64,000 nucleotides of DNA from an uncultured bacterium (GCA_963829245.1 CAWHIM010000037.1:60427-124426), one strand, 5' to 3'. Shown: positions 48,379-58,749, counted from the stretch's first letter. A program made the numbers and translations. The notes: a model not told the origin generated them from the sequence alone.

Positions 48379-48453
48379 GCGGGCGTAACTCAGTGGTAGA
48401 GTGCGACCTTGCCAAGGTCGAAGTCGCGAGTTCAAATCTCGTCGCCCGCTCCA
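48379..48453 (+). tRNA. tRNA-Gly(GCC)
   Basis: GCGGGCG acceptor, CGACC-TTGCCAA-GGTCG anticodon arm, GTTCAA T-loop, CCA end. Confidence 0.97.
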
Positions 48454-48495
48454 TCGGATGCAAATAACCCCTCGCGCGCTTCGCCTAACGCACGC

Positions 48496-48596
48496 TTCGG
48501 CTGCGCGCCTCGCAGGGCGGGCTCGTTCGTGGCTCGCCGTGCGTGAACCTGCACGGCTGCGCTTTACCTCACTCGCCCCCTCCTGCGGCGCCGCCG
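48496..48596 (+). repeat. Long-hairpin palindromic repeat, copy 1
   Basis: Collinear match to 49975-50083, with single-base deletions. Confidence 0.88.
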
Positions 48597-48654
48597 GACC
48601 CTCCCGTTGTGCGCCTTCCGTGGTGATTGTGGCAGAATGGGCTGCGGGAGGGAG

Positions 48655-49962
48655 ATGGCGCGTGCAGGGAAGGCCGGCCCGAGCGGGTCGGCTGGTACTT
48701 CTACGATTTCGCGAACTCGGCCTTCTCCACGACGGTGGTCACGGTGTTCACGGGGCCGTATCTGACCTCCGTCACCCGCGCCGCCGCCGACCCCGCGGGG
48801 TACGTTCATCCTCTCGGCATCCCCGTGCTGGCGGGGTCGTTCTTCCCGTACGTCGTCTCCCTTTCCGTCTTCTTCCAGGTGCTCCTCCTGCCGCTGCTGG
48901 GGGCGATCGCCGACTACTCCCGCCGGAAGAAACCGATGCTGTTCCTCTTCGCCTACGCGGGATCCGCCGCGACGGTGGGGCTCTATTTCCTCGAAGGGAC
49001 GCGGTACCTGCTGGGTGGGGGGTTGTTCCTGCTGGCCAACGTCTGCTTCGGGGCCTCGGTGGTCTTCTACAACGCCTGGCTGCCGGAGATCGCGGCTCCG
49101 GAGGACCGCGATTCCGTCTCCTCCGTGGGGTGGGCGCTCGGGTACCTCGGGGGCGGGGTCCTCCTTCTCCTGAACCTGGTCCTCTTCTCCCGTGCGCGCG
49201 ACTTCGGCCTGACGAGCGGAGAGGCGGTCCGGATCAGCCTCGCCTCGGCGGGGGCGTGGTGGGCCGTCTTCTCCCTCGTGCCGCTCGCCACGATGCGCCG
49301 CCGGGAGGCCGCGCGGCCGCTTCCGGCGGGGGAGGGACTCCTCGGCACGGGATTCCGCCAGCTGCGTCGCACGTTCGCGGAGGCGAAGGGCCACCCGCAG
49401 CTCCTGCTGTTCCTCGGCGCCTACCTGCTCTACAACGACGGGATACAGACGGTGATCGCCCTCTCGTCCCAGTTCGGCCAGGAGGAGCTGGGCCTCTCCG
49501 TTTCGACGCTGACCACGGCGATCCTCATGGTCCAGTTCGTCGCCTTTTTCGGGGCCCTGCTCTTCAACGCGTTCGCGAAGCGGGTGGGGGCGAAGGCGGC
49601 GGTGGCGATCAGTCTGGTCCTGTGGACGGGGACGCTCGTCTACGCCTACGCCGGGCTTCGGGATGCGGCCGGGTTCTACGCGATGGCGGCATGCGTGGCC
49701 GTCGTCCTCGGCGGGAGCCAGGCCCTCTCCCGCTCCCTCTTCTCGCGGATGATCCCGGTCGGGCGGGAGGCGGAGTACTTCTCCCTGTACGAGGTGAGCG
49801 AGCGGGGGACGAGCTGGCTGGGGCCCCTCTTTTTCGGGCTGGCGCTGCAGTTCACGGGAAGCTACCGCGTCGCGATCCTCTCGCTGGCGGTCTTCTTCAT
49901 CGCGGGGCTCGCCCTCCTGCTGCGCGTGGACGTCGCGAAAGCCGAGGCGGAAGCTAAGCTGA
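48655..49962 (+). CDS. MFS transporter, UMF1/Atg22-like (start and stop affected by probable indels)
   Basis: GWYFYDFANSAF, P.LGAIAD, FYNAWLP.I, GWALGYLGG, YNDGIQTVI, GGSQALSRSLF. Confidence 0.88.
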
Positions 49963-49974
49963 CGGGCTTCCCGG

Positions 49975-50083
49975 TTCGGCTGCGCCGCCTCGGAGGGCGG
50001 GGCTCCGTTCGTGGCTCGCCGTGCGATGAACCTGCACGGCTGCGCTTTACCTCACTGCGCCCCCCCTCCTGCGGCGACTCCGC
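49975..50083 (+). repeat. Long-hairpin palindromic repeat, copy 2, between convergent genes
   Basis: Nested stems CGCCGC/GCGGCG, GGAGGGCGGGGC/GCCCCCCCTCC and GCCGTGC/GCACGGC. Confidence 0.9.
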
Positions 50084-50099
50084 TGTTGCTGCCCCTGCC

Positions 50100-50796
<697 letters not shown>

Positions 50797-50804
<8 letters not shown>

Positions 50805-51578
50805 CGGCGTCCCCTTCCGCGGCGCCGAGGTACGCCTCGATCACCTGCGGGTCGTCCCGGATCTCCGCCGGCGTCCCTTCCGCGATCTTCCGGCCGAAGT
50901 TGAACACCACCAGCCGGTCGCACGCCTTCATCACCAGCGACATGTCGTGCTCGATCAGCAGGATCGTAACTCCCAGCGACTGCACCCGCTTGATGAGCCC
51001 GAACACCTCCTGGGTCTCCGCGTCGTTCATCCCCGCCACCGGCTCGTCGAGCAGGAGCAGGCGCGGTTCCGCCGCCAGCGCCCGGGCGATCTCGAGCCGC
51101 CGCTGGTGGCCGTAGGGGAGGCTTCCCGCGGTCCTGCCGCGGTCGGCCCCGGAAAGTCCCACGAGGTCGAGCAGTTCCCGTGTTTTCCCGCGGATCCCCT
51201 GTTCCTCCCGCCGCTCCCCCCGGGTGCGCAGCACGCCACGCCAAACGCCGGCCCGGTGCGGCAATGTCTCCCGACCATGACGTTTTCCTCGACGGTCATG
51301 GTGGAGAAGAGGCGGATGTTCTGGAACGTCCGGGTGACGCCCCGCTTCGTGATCGCGTGGGAAGGGAGCCCGCTGATCCGCTCCCCGTCGAACACGACCT
51401 CCCCCGCGGTCGGCGGGAAGACGGCGGTGACCACGTTGAAGAGCGTCGTCTTTCCGGCGCCGTTGGGGCCGATGACGCCGACGATCTCCCCCGGTTGGAC
51501 GTCGAAGGAGATGTCGGAGAGGGCCGAAAGTCCCCCGAACGATTTTCCGATGTTCCGGAGGGAAAGGAGGCCGCTCAC
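50797..51578 (-). CDS. livG: Branched-chain amino acid ABC transporter ATPase (frameshifts)
   Basis: FGGL.AL, GPNGAGKTTLFN, RTFQNIRLF, LPYG.QRRLEIARAL, IEHDM, VIEAYLG. Confidence 0.9.
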
Positions 51579-52522
51579 GCGGGCGTCCCCTTGCCGGATC
51601 GACGGAACCGTCGCAGCAGCGCGGGGTCGATCACCCCCTGCGGCCGGAAGACCATCATCAACACGAGCAGGAGCCCGTAGAGGATGTACCGGTAGTCGCT
51701 GATCGAGCGAAGCGCTTCGGGGACGACGGTGAGGAAGGCGGCGCCGAAGACGGGACCGAGGATGTGCTCGCTCCCGCCGAAGACGGCGAAAACGAGGATC
51801 TCCACGGCCCGGTGGTAGGTGAAGTCCGCGGGGCTCACGAACGACGTCGAGTGGGCGAACAGCGCCCCGGCGAATCCGGAGAGCAGCGCTCCCTGGGAAA
51901 AGGCCAGCACCTTGTAGTACGTGATGGGGATCCCCGCCGCCGCCGCGGCGCTTTCGTCCAGCCGGATGGCGGCGTACGCGCGGCCGACCCGGGAGCGGGA
52001 GAGACGCAGGAAGAAGGCGACCGTCAGGATCGTGCAGAGGAGAAGGATCAGGAACACCGTCAGGCTGATGAACTGGTTGTTTTGCAGCCCCAGCGATCCG
52101 GGGGAGAACCCCCGGTCGCTCGCCCAGGCGAGGATCACGCGCCCCATCTGCGGGATCGCCGCGATCCCCACCGCGCCGCCGGTCAGCGACTCCCAGTTGA
52201 TGAGGACGGCCCGGAGAACCTCGCCGAATCCGAGCGTGGCGATGGCGAGGTAGACGCCGGAAAGCCGCAGGGACGGAATGCCGACCAGGATCCCCGCCGC
52301 GCCCGCGAGGAGGCTCCCGGCAAGGATCCCCACGGGGATCGGGACCTGGTGCTGCGTGGAGAGAAGGGCGGCGGTGTACGCCCCGATGCTCATGAACCCG
52401 GCGTTCCCCAGCGAGAGCTGCCCGGTGGAAAGGGTGACGTAGATGCTCACGCCGAGGATGGCGTTGATCAGCACGAACGACGCCACCTGCAGGTGGTACG
52501 GGTTCAGCCACTCCATCGGCAT
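51575..52522 (-). CDS. livM: Branched-chain amino acid ABC transporter permease
   Basis: GQLSLG.AGF..IGAY, LRL.GVYLAIATLGFGE, S.VGRA..AIR.DE, RPQG. Confidence 0.9.
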   Translation of the reverse strand: MPMEWLNPYHLQVASFVLINAILGVSIYVTLSTGQLSLGNAGFMSIGAYTAALLSTQHQVPIPVGILAGSLLAGAAGILVGIPSLRLSGVYLAIATLGFGEVLRAVLINWESLTGGAVGIAAIPQMGRVILAWASDRGFSPGSLGLQNNQFISLTVFLILLLCTILTVAFFLRLSRSRVGRAYAAIRLDESAAAAAGIPITYYKVLAFSQGALLSGFAGALFAHSTSFVSPADFTYHRAVEILVFAVFGGSEHILGPVFGAAFLTVVPEALRSISDYRYILYGLLLVLMMVFRPQGVIDPALLRRFRRSGKGTPA

Positions 52523-52525
52523 CGT

Positions 52526-53410
52526 CTACCGCCTTGCTTCGGCGGGCGCCTGCCCGAACAGCCCCTGCGGCTTGATGAGGAGGATGACGATGATCGCGAC
52601 GAAGGCGATCGCGTCCCGGTACCCGGAGGAGCCGTAGGCGACCACGAACGTTTCGGAAAGCCCGAGGATCAAGCCCCCGGCCATGGCGCCGTAGACGCTC
52701 CCCATCCCGCCGAAGATGATGATCGCAAGCCCTTTGAGCCCCATGGAGAGCCCGATCTGGTTGTTGATGTAGTTGAACGCCATCCCCACCAGCACACCGG
52801 CGACCCCGCCCATCGCCGAGGCGATGACGACCGTGGCGGTGATCATCCGGTTCGTGTCGACCCCGAGCAGCCCCGCCGTCTCGAGGTTCTCCGCGGTGGC
52901 GCGCAGCGCCTTCCCCGCGCGCGTGCGCGACAGCCAGAGCGCGAGCCCCGCCATGAGGAGCAGGGAGATGAGCAGGATCACCACCTGGACCAGGTAGACC
53001 GTCACCGGGCCGACCGTGAAGCTGATCTCCGCGAAGGGGGTCTCGAACAGGTGGTTCCCGGACCCGAAGAGCTTGTGCGCCAGGTTCTCCAGAAGGATGG
53101 AGACGCCGATCGTGCTGATGAGGGAGGCCAGGTGCGAGGCCCCGGGCCGGCCCCGCAGCGGCCGCAGGGCGAACCGCTCCAGCAGCAGCCCCATCGCCGC
53201 GGTGACGACGATGGCCCCGAGAAACGCCACGGGAAGCGGAGCGCCCGCCTTGCTCACGATGAGCAGGCCGACGAACGCCCCGAACATGAAGATCTCCCCG
53301 TGGGCCATGTTGATGATGTCGAGCACGCCGAAGACGAGCGTGTATCCCAGCGCCACGATGGCGTAGATGCTGCCAAGCGTGATGCCGTTGATCAGTTGCT
53401 CGAGGAACAC
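52526..53410 (-). CDS. livH: Branched-chain amino acid ABC transporter permease
   Basis: QLINGITLGSIYA.VALGYTLVFGVL.IIN.AHGE, GKALRA, GGMGS..GA..GG. Confidence 0.92.
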   Translation of the reverse strand: MFLEQLINGITLGSIYAIVALGYTLVFGVLDIINMAHGEIFMFGAFVGLLIVSKAGAPLPVAFLGAIVVTAAMGLLLERFALRPLRGRPGASHLASLISTIGVSILLENLAHKLFGSGNHLFETPFAEISFTVGPVTVYLVQVVILLISLLLMAGLALWLSRTRAGKALRATAENLETAGLLGVDTNRMITATVVIASAMGGVAGVLVGMAFNYINNQIGLSMGLKGLAIIIFGGMGSVYGAMAGGLILGLSETFVVAYGSSGYRDAIAFVAIIVILLIKPQGLFGQAPAEARR

Positions 53411-53435
53411 GCCCGCCTCCGCCGCTTCGCCCGGA

Positions 53436-54578
53436 TCAGTTGAAGATCGTGAACTTTCCGCCCTTGACGATCAGGACGTTGGGCGCCATGACCACGTCGC
53501 GCTCCGCGTCGAAGGAGAACGTGCCGAGGACCCCCTGGAAATTCCTCGTCGCCGCCAGCGCGTCGCGCAGCTTCGCCCGGTCCGCCGTTCCCGCCGCCTT
53601 CAGCGCGTTCGTCATGATGTGGAAGGCGTCGTACGCCTGGGCCGCGAACTGGTCCGGCTTCTTCCCGTACGCCTTCTCGTACTTCGCCACGAACGCCTTC
53701 ACCTTCGGGTCGTTCTTTTCGCCGAACCAGGGGGTGGCCACGATCAGCCCCTCCGCCGCCCCTTGGCGATCTCGATGACCTTCGGCGAGTTGAAGCCGTT
53801 TCCGCCGACGAACGGGACCTTCAGCCCCATCTTCCGCGCCTGTGCGAGGATGACGCCCCCCTCGTTGTACAGGGCGGAGCAGAGGACCGCGTCGGGCTTC
53901 AGCGAGGCGATCTTGGTCAGCTGCGCCTTGTAGTCCGCCTGCCCCTTCTGGAACTCCTGGATCGTCACGATCTTCAGCTTGAGCTTTTCGGCGACCTCTT
54001 TCATCGTGTCGAAGCCGGACTTGGTGAAGGCGTCGTCGTTCCCGTAGAGGAGGGCGACCTTCTTGATGTTGTACTTCTTCACCGCCTTGCCGACGGACGC
54101 CGGGATCGCCTGGGACTCGGGCAGCGAGTTCCGGAAGACGAACTTCCCGATCTGGGTGATCCCCTTCGCCGTGGTGGACGTCCCCATGATCGGCACGCCG
54201 CTGGCGTTGGCCTCGGGAGCCAGCGACCATCATCTCGTTGGAGAGGGTGGGGCCGATGATCGCCACGACCTTCTCCGAGTTGATGAGCTTCTGCGCCGCC
54301 GCCAGCGCCTGCTCCTGTTTCCCGGAGGAGTCCTCGATCTTCAGGTCGATCAGGACCTCGCCCTTCGCGTTGACCTCGTCCCGGGCGAGCTTGATGCCGT
54401 TCGTGATCGCCTCCCCGTACGCCGCTCCCTGCGCCGGTGATGATGGAGATGACGCCGATCTTCGCCCGGATCGGCAAACCTTCGGCTTCGCCGCCTTGCC
54501 GGCCTTCTCCGCCCCCATGAACACGAAGGCGAAGAGGGCGCACGCGACAACGGCAACCAGACGCACGTTTCTTTTCAT
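53436..54578 (-). CDS. livK: Branched-chain amino acid ABC substrate-binding protein (frameshifts)
   Basis: Signal peptide, IIGP.LS, FVFRNSL, AAQAYDA, F.GV.G.FSFD; first gene of the liv operon. Confidence 0.85.
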   Translation of the reverse strand: MKRNVRLVAVVACALFAFVFMGAEKAGKAAKPKVCRSGRRSASSPSSPAQGAAYGEAITNGIKLARDEVNAKGEVLIDLKIEDSSGKQEQALAAAQKLINSEKVVAIIGPTLSNEMMVAGSRGQRQRRADHGDVHHGEGDHPDREVRLPELAARVPGDPGVRRQGGEEVQHQEGRPPLRERRRLHQVRLRHDERGRRKAQAEDRDDPGVPEGAGGLQGAADQDRLAEARRGPLLRPVQRGGRHPRTGAEDGAEGPVRRRKRLQLAEGHRDRQGAAEGLIVATPWFGEKNDPKVKAFVAKYEKAYGKKPDQFAAQAYDAFHIMTNALKAAGTADRAKLRDALAATRNFQGVLGTFSFDAERDVVMAPNVLIVKGGKFTIFN

Positions 54579-54612
54579 GGATCAGCCCCCCTTGGAATAA
54601 GGTTGATTTGCA

Positions 54613-54641
54613 ATTCTATTCGCCGGTAGGGAGTGGGTCAA
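54613..54641 (-). promoter_or_regulatory. Sigma70 promoter for the liv operon
   Basis: Minus strand TTGACC-17-TAGAAT. Confidence 0.7.
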
Positions 54642-54704
54642 GGAAGGCGGGTTGATGAGGAAAGGTGACTCGGCGGTGCGGATCGACATCGAGCGGCGAG
54701 CGGA

Positions 54705-54746
54705 AAACGACCAGGGCCCACGGCCTGCGGCCGTAAGCCCTGGTCG
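54705..54746 (-). terminator. Intrinsic terminator after the CHRD gene
   Basis: Minus strand CGACCAGGGC-TTACGGCC-GCA-GGCCGTGG-GCCCTGGTCG followed by TTTT. Confidence 0.7.
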
Positions 54747-54800
54747 CGCCGGTTCACCGGCACGGGTCACCGTCGGTATTTGGGTGCCCATGCCGGACGG

Positions 54801-55325
54801 CTACTTCTTTTCCATCATGCCCTTCTTTACCCCCTTGTGGATGCCCCACAACTCGCCGCCCTCGTTCTGCTTCGTGTGAACCGCCACTCCGGCCGTCCCG
54901 TATTCGATCTTCTCGAACAGCTCCTTGACGGTTCCCCCCTTCAGCGGTCCCTGGAGATTGTCGGCGGTGATGTCCCCTTCCGCCAGCGTTCCGGAAAAGC
55001 TTCCCTTCCGGAGGGAAGGCGCCATGCCACTCGTCGGGTAGATCCAGGTGAGGATGGCGGCTGGGGTGCCGTTGTCCCCGACGACGTGAACGTGCGCCAT
55101 CGTGGCGTTATCGATTTTCTTGAGAGTCAACTTGTAGTGGAGCGTCTTCCCGTCCTTTCCCAGTTCGAAGACGGCGTCTCCGCTTGCGGAGGTTTTGACC
55201 CCGGAGACGGGGTCCAGCTTGACCTTGACCTGTTCTCCGTGCATCGCGTTCGCCCGTGCTGCGCCGGGGGCGATGAATGCCAGGAAGGCGACGACGCCCA
55301 AAATCGTCAACAAGATTCTTTTCAT
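54801..55325 (-). CDS. Secreted CHRD-domain protein
   Basis: Signal peptide, ASG.A.F, L.YKL, TMAHVH, VHT.QN.GGEL.G; GGAGG RBS. Confidence 0.8.
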   Translation of the reverse strand: MKRILLTILGVVAFLAFIAPGAARANAMHGEQVKVKLDPVSGVKTSASGDAVFELGKDGKTLHYKLTLKKIDNATMAHVHVVGDNGTPAAILTWIYPTSGMAPSLRKGSFSGTLAEGDITADNLQGPLKGGTVKELFEKIEYGTAGVAVHTKQNEGGELWGIHKGVKKGMMEKK

Positions 55326-55506
55326 GACACGCTTCCTCCTTGCTGGTCCGGTTTTGTTCCCGCTGTTTGTTGGATGAGAATTTCACCGAACCGGTTTTCC
55401 CGGCGAAGAAGATAAATCGTCCCCATCGAGGGTGGAAAGCAAGGGATCGGGTTCAGGAAATGAGGCGTATCGGCTCGTCGTATCGATCGTTCGCGCCTGA
55501 ATGCGC

Positions 55507-55594
55507 TGGTGCCCGGGGTGGGAATCGAACCCACACGGCTTATTCAGCCTCGGGATTTTAAGTCCCGTGCGTCTGCCAGTTCCGCCACCCGGGC
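55507..55594 (-). tRNA. tRNA-Leu(TAA)
   Basis: GCCCGGG acceptor, CGGGA-CTTAAAA-TCCCG anticodon arm, long variable arm, CCA end. Confidence 0.96.
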
Positions 55595-55643
55595 TTGCAG
55601 GGGAAAGATATCAGAAAACGGGAACGTTCGGCGCGAAGGAGGA

Positions 55644-55718
55644 TGGAGGCGGCACCCGGATTCGAACCGGGGGATAAAGGATTTGCAGTCCTCTGCCTTA
55701 CCACTTGGCTATGCCGCC
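55644..55718 (-). tRNA. tRNA-Cys(GCA)
   Basis: GGCGGCA acceptor, GAGGA-CTGCAAA-TCCTT anticodon arm, GTTCGAA T-loop, CCA end. Confidence 0.96.
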
Positions 55719-55766
55719 GTCCCGTGGATTATATGTGACGGGCAGCGCCGAAATCCACCCTTATGT

Positions 55767-56432
55767 TCATAATGGTAGCGGAACTCCGTTGCCCCGGGCG
55801 AACGAGACGATGTCCATCGACGGCACCCAGGAGGGAACGGCGGACCCGATGTCGCCAGGCGGGCAGTTGAGCATGCCGAAGACCTCGCCCGACGGGAGGA
55901 AGCCGGGACAGCCGGAAGCGTCGCCGATGACGGTGGCGTCCGTCACGTAATAGGATACGGATTCACCGCCCGGGCCGGCCGTTCTAACGAAGGAGGATAT
56001 GCTCGCTCCCTGGAACATCTCGATGAGAGAGGCGCCGGGCAGGGGAGCCGGACCCATCGCGATGCGGGGAAAACCGCAATACGCGCACTGCGTGCCGACA
56101 GGAACGGGGGCGTCGAGTATCCTCAGAAAAGCGGCGGATCGCGGAGCATCGATCCGCAGGAGGGCCAGCCCCTTCCCGCGGTCCACGGAGACCAGAGTCG
56201 CCCTCTCCGTTCCCCGTCCGATGTCCGGAGCACGGACCAGCGACAGCCCGGAGCAGGGCAGGGTGCACGGTTCCGAACCGCCGGGAAAGCACCGCGTGGA
56301 CGTCACCAGCATTCCCGGAGCGATCATGAAGGCCGTCCCGCCCGAAGGCGTCGCGGCCTCCGGCGGCAAAGGAGGGGATGCAAGGATCGCGTAGATCGCC
56401 TCCCTGTTCTCCGCCAGCGCTTTCTCGAACAT
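55767..56432 (-). CDS. Trypsin-like (Trypsin_2) fold protein with degenerate catalytic triad
   Basis: GTAFMIAPG.LVT, LALLRI, GFP, DA....ASG.P....GEV.GM pattern. Confidence 0.7.
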   Translation of the reverse strand: MFEKALAENREAIYAILASPPLPPEAATPSGGTAFMIAPGMLVTSTRCFPGGSEPCTLPCSGLSLVRAPDIGRGTERATLVSVDRGKGLALLRIDAPRSAAFLRILDAPVPVGTQCAYCGFPRIAMGPAPLPGASLIEMFQGASISSFVRTAGPGGESVSYYVTDATVIGDASGCPGFLPSGEVFGMLNCPPGDIGSAVPSWVPSMDIVSFARGNGVPLPL

Positions 56433-56610
56433 TCCGATTCCCTCCCGAGACTGAGACCGGATATTGTTTTCCGGCGCCCTTCCCGGTGTCAAGTCAATCT
56501 CGCCGGCCAATCTCGCCGGTCCCGCCCCGGGAGTCCTTTCTGGAACTTTGCGTTTCTGGGATAATATCGGAGGAGATACGGCGGAAGGTTCCAACCCGGG
56601 AGGTTCTAGC

Positions 56611-57579
56611 GTGCCCCTGAACGTTTTCGTCACCGGCGCTGCCGGCTTCATCGGATCGCATGTAGCGGAAGCGCTCCTCGCCCGCGGAGACCGGGTCTAC
56701 GGGCTCGACAACTTCGACCCGTTCTACGACCGGTCCGATCAAGGAGGCAACCTCTCCGCCCTTTTCGGGCGCCCGTGCTTCTCCTTCCTCGAGGGGGACA
56801 TCCGCGACGCCTCCGCCCTCGCCCGATGGGGGGAGGGGGTTCCTCCCGACGCGTTGATCCACCTTGCCGCGAAGGCAGGGGTGCGGCCGTCGGTCGCCGA
56901 TCCGGTCGGCTACGCGGACGTCAACGTCCACGGCACGATCCGGATGCTCGAGTGGGCGCGGGATCGGAAGGTCCCGAAGGTCCTCTTCGCCTCCTCCTCG
57001 TCCGTTTACGGCGGCAACACGAAGGTTCCCTTCCACGAGGACGACTTCGTCGATCATCCGGTGAGTCCCTACGCGGCGACGAAGAAGGCGGGGGAGCTTC
57101 TCTGCCACACGTACTGCCACCTGTACGGGATGAACGTCGTCGCCCTGCGCTTCTTCACCGTGTACGGCCCCCGCCAGCGCCCCGAGATGGCGATCCACAA
57201 GTTCACCCGTCGGATCATGGACGGGAAGGAGATCGACCTGTACGGCGACGGCTCTTCCCGGAGGGATTACACCTATATCGAAGACATCGTCTCCGGGGTC
57301 CTCGGCGCGCTGACCGCGCCCCCGGGGTACCGCGTCTACAACTTCGGGGAGTCGGCCACGATCTCCCTTTCGGAACTGGTCGCGCTGATCGAGAAGGCGT
57401 GCGGGAAGACCGCCGTGCGGCGCTTCAAGCCGCCGCAGCCCGGGGACGTCCCCGTGACGTACGCGGACATCTCCCGCGCGAGGAAAGAGATCGGCTACGA
57501 CCCGCGCACGCCGATCGGGCGCGGCGTATCCCGTTTCGTCGAATGGTACCGGCGTGAGGAAACCGCAAGACCAACCTGA
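56611..57579 (+). CDS. NAD-dependent nucleotide-sugar epimerase (UDP-glucuronate 4-epimerase-like)
   Basis: VTGAAGFIG, HLAAKAGVR, SSSSVYG, SPYAATKK, LRFFTVYGP.QRP.MA. Confidence 0.9.
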   Translation: MPLNVFVTGAAGFIGSHVAEALLARGDRVYGLDNFDPFYDRSDQGGNLSALFGRPCFSFLEGDIRDASALARWGEGVPPDALIHLAAKAGVRPSVADPVGYADVNVHGTIRMLEWARDRKVPKVLFASSSSVYGGNTKVPFHEDDFVDHPVSPYAATKKAGELLCHTYCHLYGMNVVALRFFTVYGPRQRPEMAIHKFTRRIMDGKEIDLYGDGSSRRDYTYIEDIVSGVLGALTAPPGYRVYNFGESATISLSELVALIEKACGKTAVRRFKPPQPGDVPVTYADISRARKEIGYDPRTPIGRGVSRFVEWYRREETARPT

Positions 57580-57591
57580 AAGGAGGCTTCC

Positions 57592-58713
57592 ATGAAGGTA
57601 ACGCTGTCGGTGATCAAGGCGGACATCGGTTCCATCGGGGGGCACATCCGGCCGAGCGCGAAGCTGCTCGAAACGGTGCGGTCGAAGGTTGCCGAGCTCG
57701 GGAAAGGGCTCCTGATCGACACCTACATCGGTTTTACCGGGGACGACGTGGCGATCCTGATGTCCCACACCGGGGGGACGGGAAACCCGAAGGTCCACAA
57801 GCTGGCGTGGGACGCCTTCATCGCAGGGACCGCGGTGGCGAAGGCCCAGGGGCTCTACGGCGCGGGCCAGGACCTGCTGAAGGACTCGTTCTGCGGCAAC
57901 GTGAAGGGGATGGGCCCCGCCGTGGCGGAGATGGAGATCGAGGAGCGCCCCAACGAGCCGTTCGTCCTGTTTGCGGCGGACAAGACCGACCCGGGAGCGT
58001 ACAACCTGCCATCCTACCTCGGCTTCGCCGACCCGATGTTCTCCTCCGGCCTCATCCTCTCCCCGAAGGTGGGGAAGGGGTTCACCTTCCGCATCATGGA
58101 CGTCGCGAACACGGATGGGGACAAGGTGATCGACCTCTCGGCGCCCGAGGACCTCTACGACATCGCGGCGCTGCTGCGCGACCAGGAGCGGTTCGTCGTC
58201 GAGTCCATCCGTTCCCGCGCCACTGGAGAGGTCGCCGCCGTGGTCAGCACCACCCGGCTCCACAACATCGCGGGGAAGTACACCGGGAAGGACGACCCGG
58301 TGATGCTGGTCCGGACCCAGGGGAACTTTCCCGCCACGGGGGAGGTGCTCGCCCCCTACACCATCGGCCACCTGGTCGCCGGCTTCATGCGGGGAAGCCA
58401 CCATGGGGCGCTCATGCCGGTGCCGCGGAACACGGGAACCTCCTTCTTCGACGGTCCGCCGATCGTCTCGGCCCTCGCCTTCAGCGTGAAGGAGGGGCGG
58501 TTCACCGAGCCGGCCGACGCGTTCGACCACCCGTACTGGGAGTACGTAAGGGCGCGGGTGTCGGCCAAGTCCGAGGATCTTCGCCGTCAGGGGTTCTTCG
58601 GCCCCGCGATGCTGCCGTACAGCGAGCTCGAGTACGGCGGGATCGTGGAACGGATGAAGGGGATGGAGCCGAGGTTCCGCATGCTCGGGGGAAAGGAACC
58701 CGTCGAGGCGTAG
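57592..58713 (+). CDS. fbp: Bifunctional fructose-1,6-bisphosphate aldolase/phosphatase (FBPase class V)
   Basis: TLSVIKADIGSIGGH, GDD, GLYGAGQDLL, ADKT.PGA.N, RLHNIAGKYTGKDDP, FDGPP, QGF.GPA.L..SELEY. Confidence 0.95.
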   Translation: MKVTLSVIKADIGSIGGHIRPSAKLLETVRSKVAELGKGLLIDTYIGFTGDDVAILMSHTGGTGNPKVHKLAWDAFIAGTAVAKAQGLYGAGQDLLKDSFCGNVKGMGPAVAEMEIEERPNEPFVLFAADKTDPGAYNLPSYLGFADPMFSSGLILSPKVGKGFTFRIMDVANTDGDKVIDLSAPEDLYDIAALLRDQERFVVESIRSRATGEVAAVVSTTRLHNIAGKYTGKDDPVMLVRTQGNFPATGEVLAPYTIGHLVAGFMRGSHHGALMPVPRNTGTSFFDGPPIVSALAFSVKEGRFTEPADAFDHPYWEYVRARVSAKSEDLRRQGFFGPAMLPYSELEYGGIVERMKGMEPRFRMLGGKEPVEA

Positions 58714-58749
58714 CCGCGGACGGATCCCCGCCCTCCGAGGCGGCGCAGC
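58707..58749 (-). repeat. Partial inverted copy (left arm) of the long-hairpin repeat
   Basis: Reverse complement of 58712-58749 matches 49979-50016 at 35 of 38 nt. Confidence 0.8.

Noticed and set aside
48496-50083. Repeat pair as a CRISPR array or integron attC cassette
   Set aside because: Units are too long for CRISPR and no cas genes are present; no RYYYAAC...GTTRRRY boundaries or intI are visible.
54580-54700. Riboswitch or T-box upstream of the liv operon
   Set aside because: The promoter lies only ~35 nt from the livK ATG; the nearby hairpins are upstream of it and belong to the CHRD 3' end.
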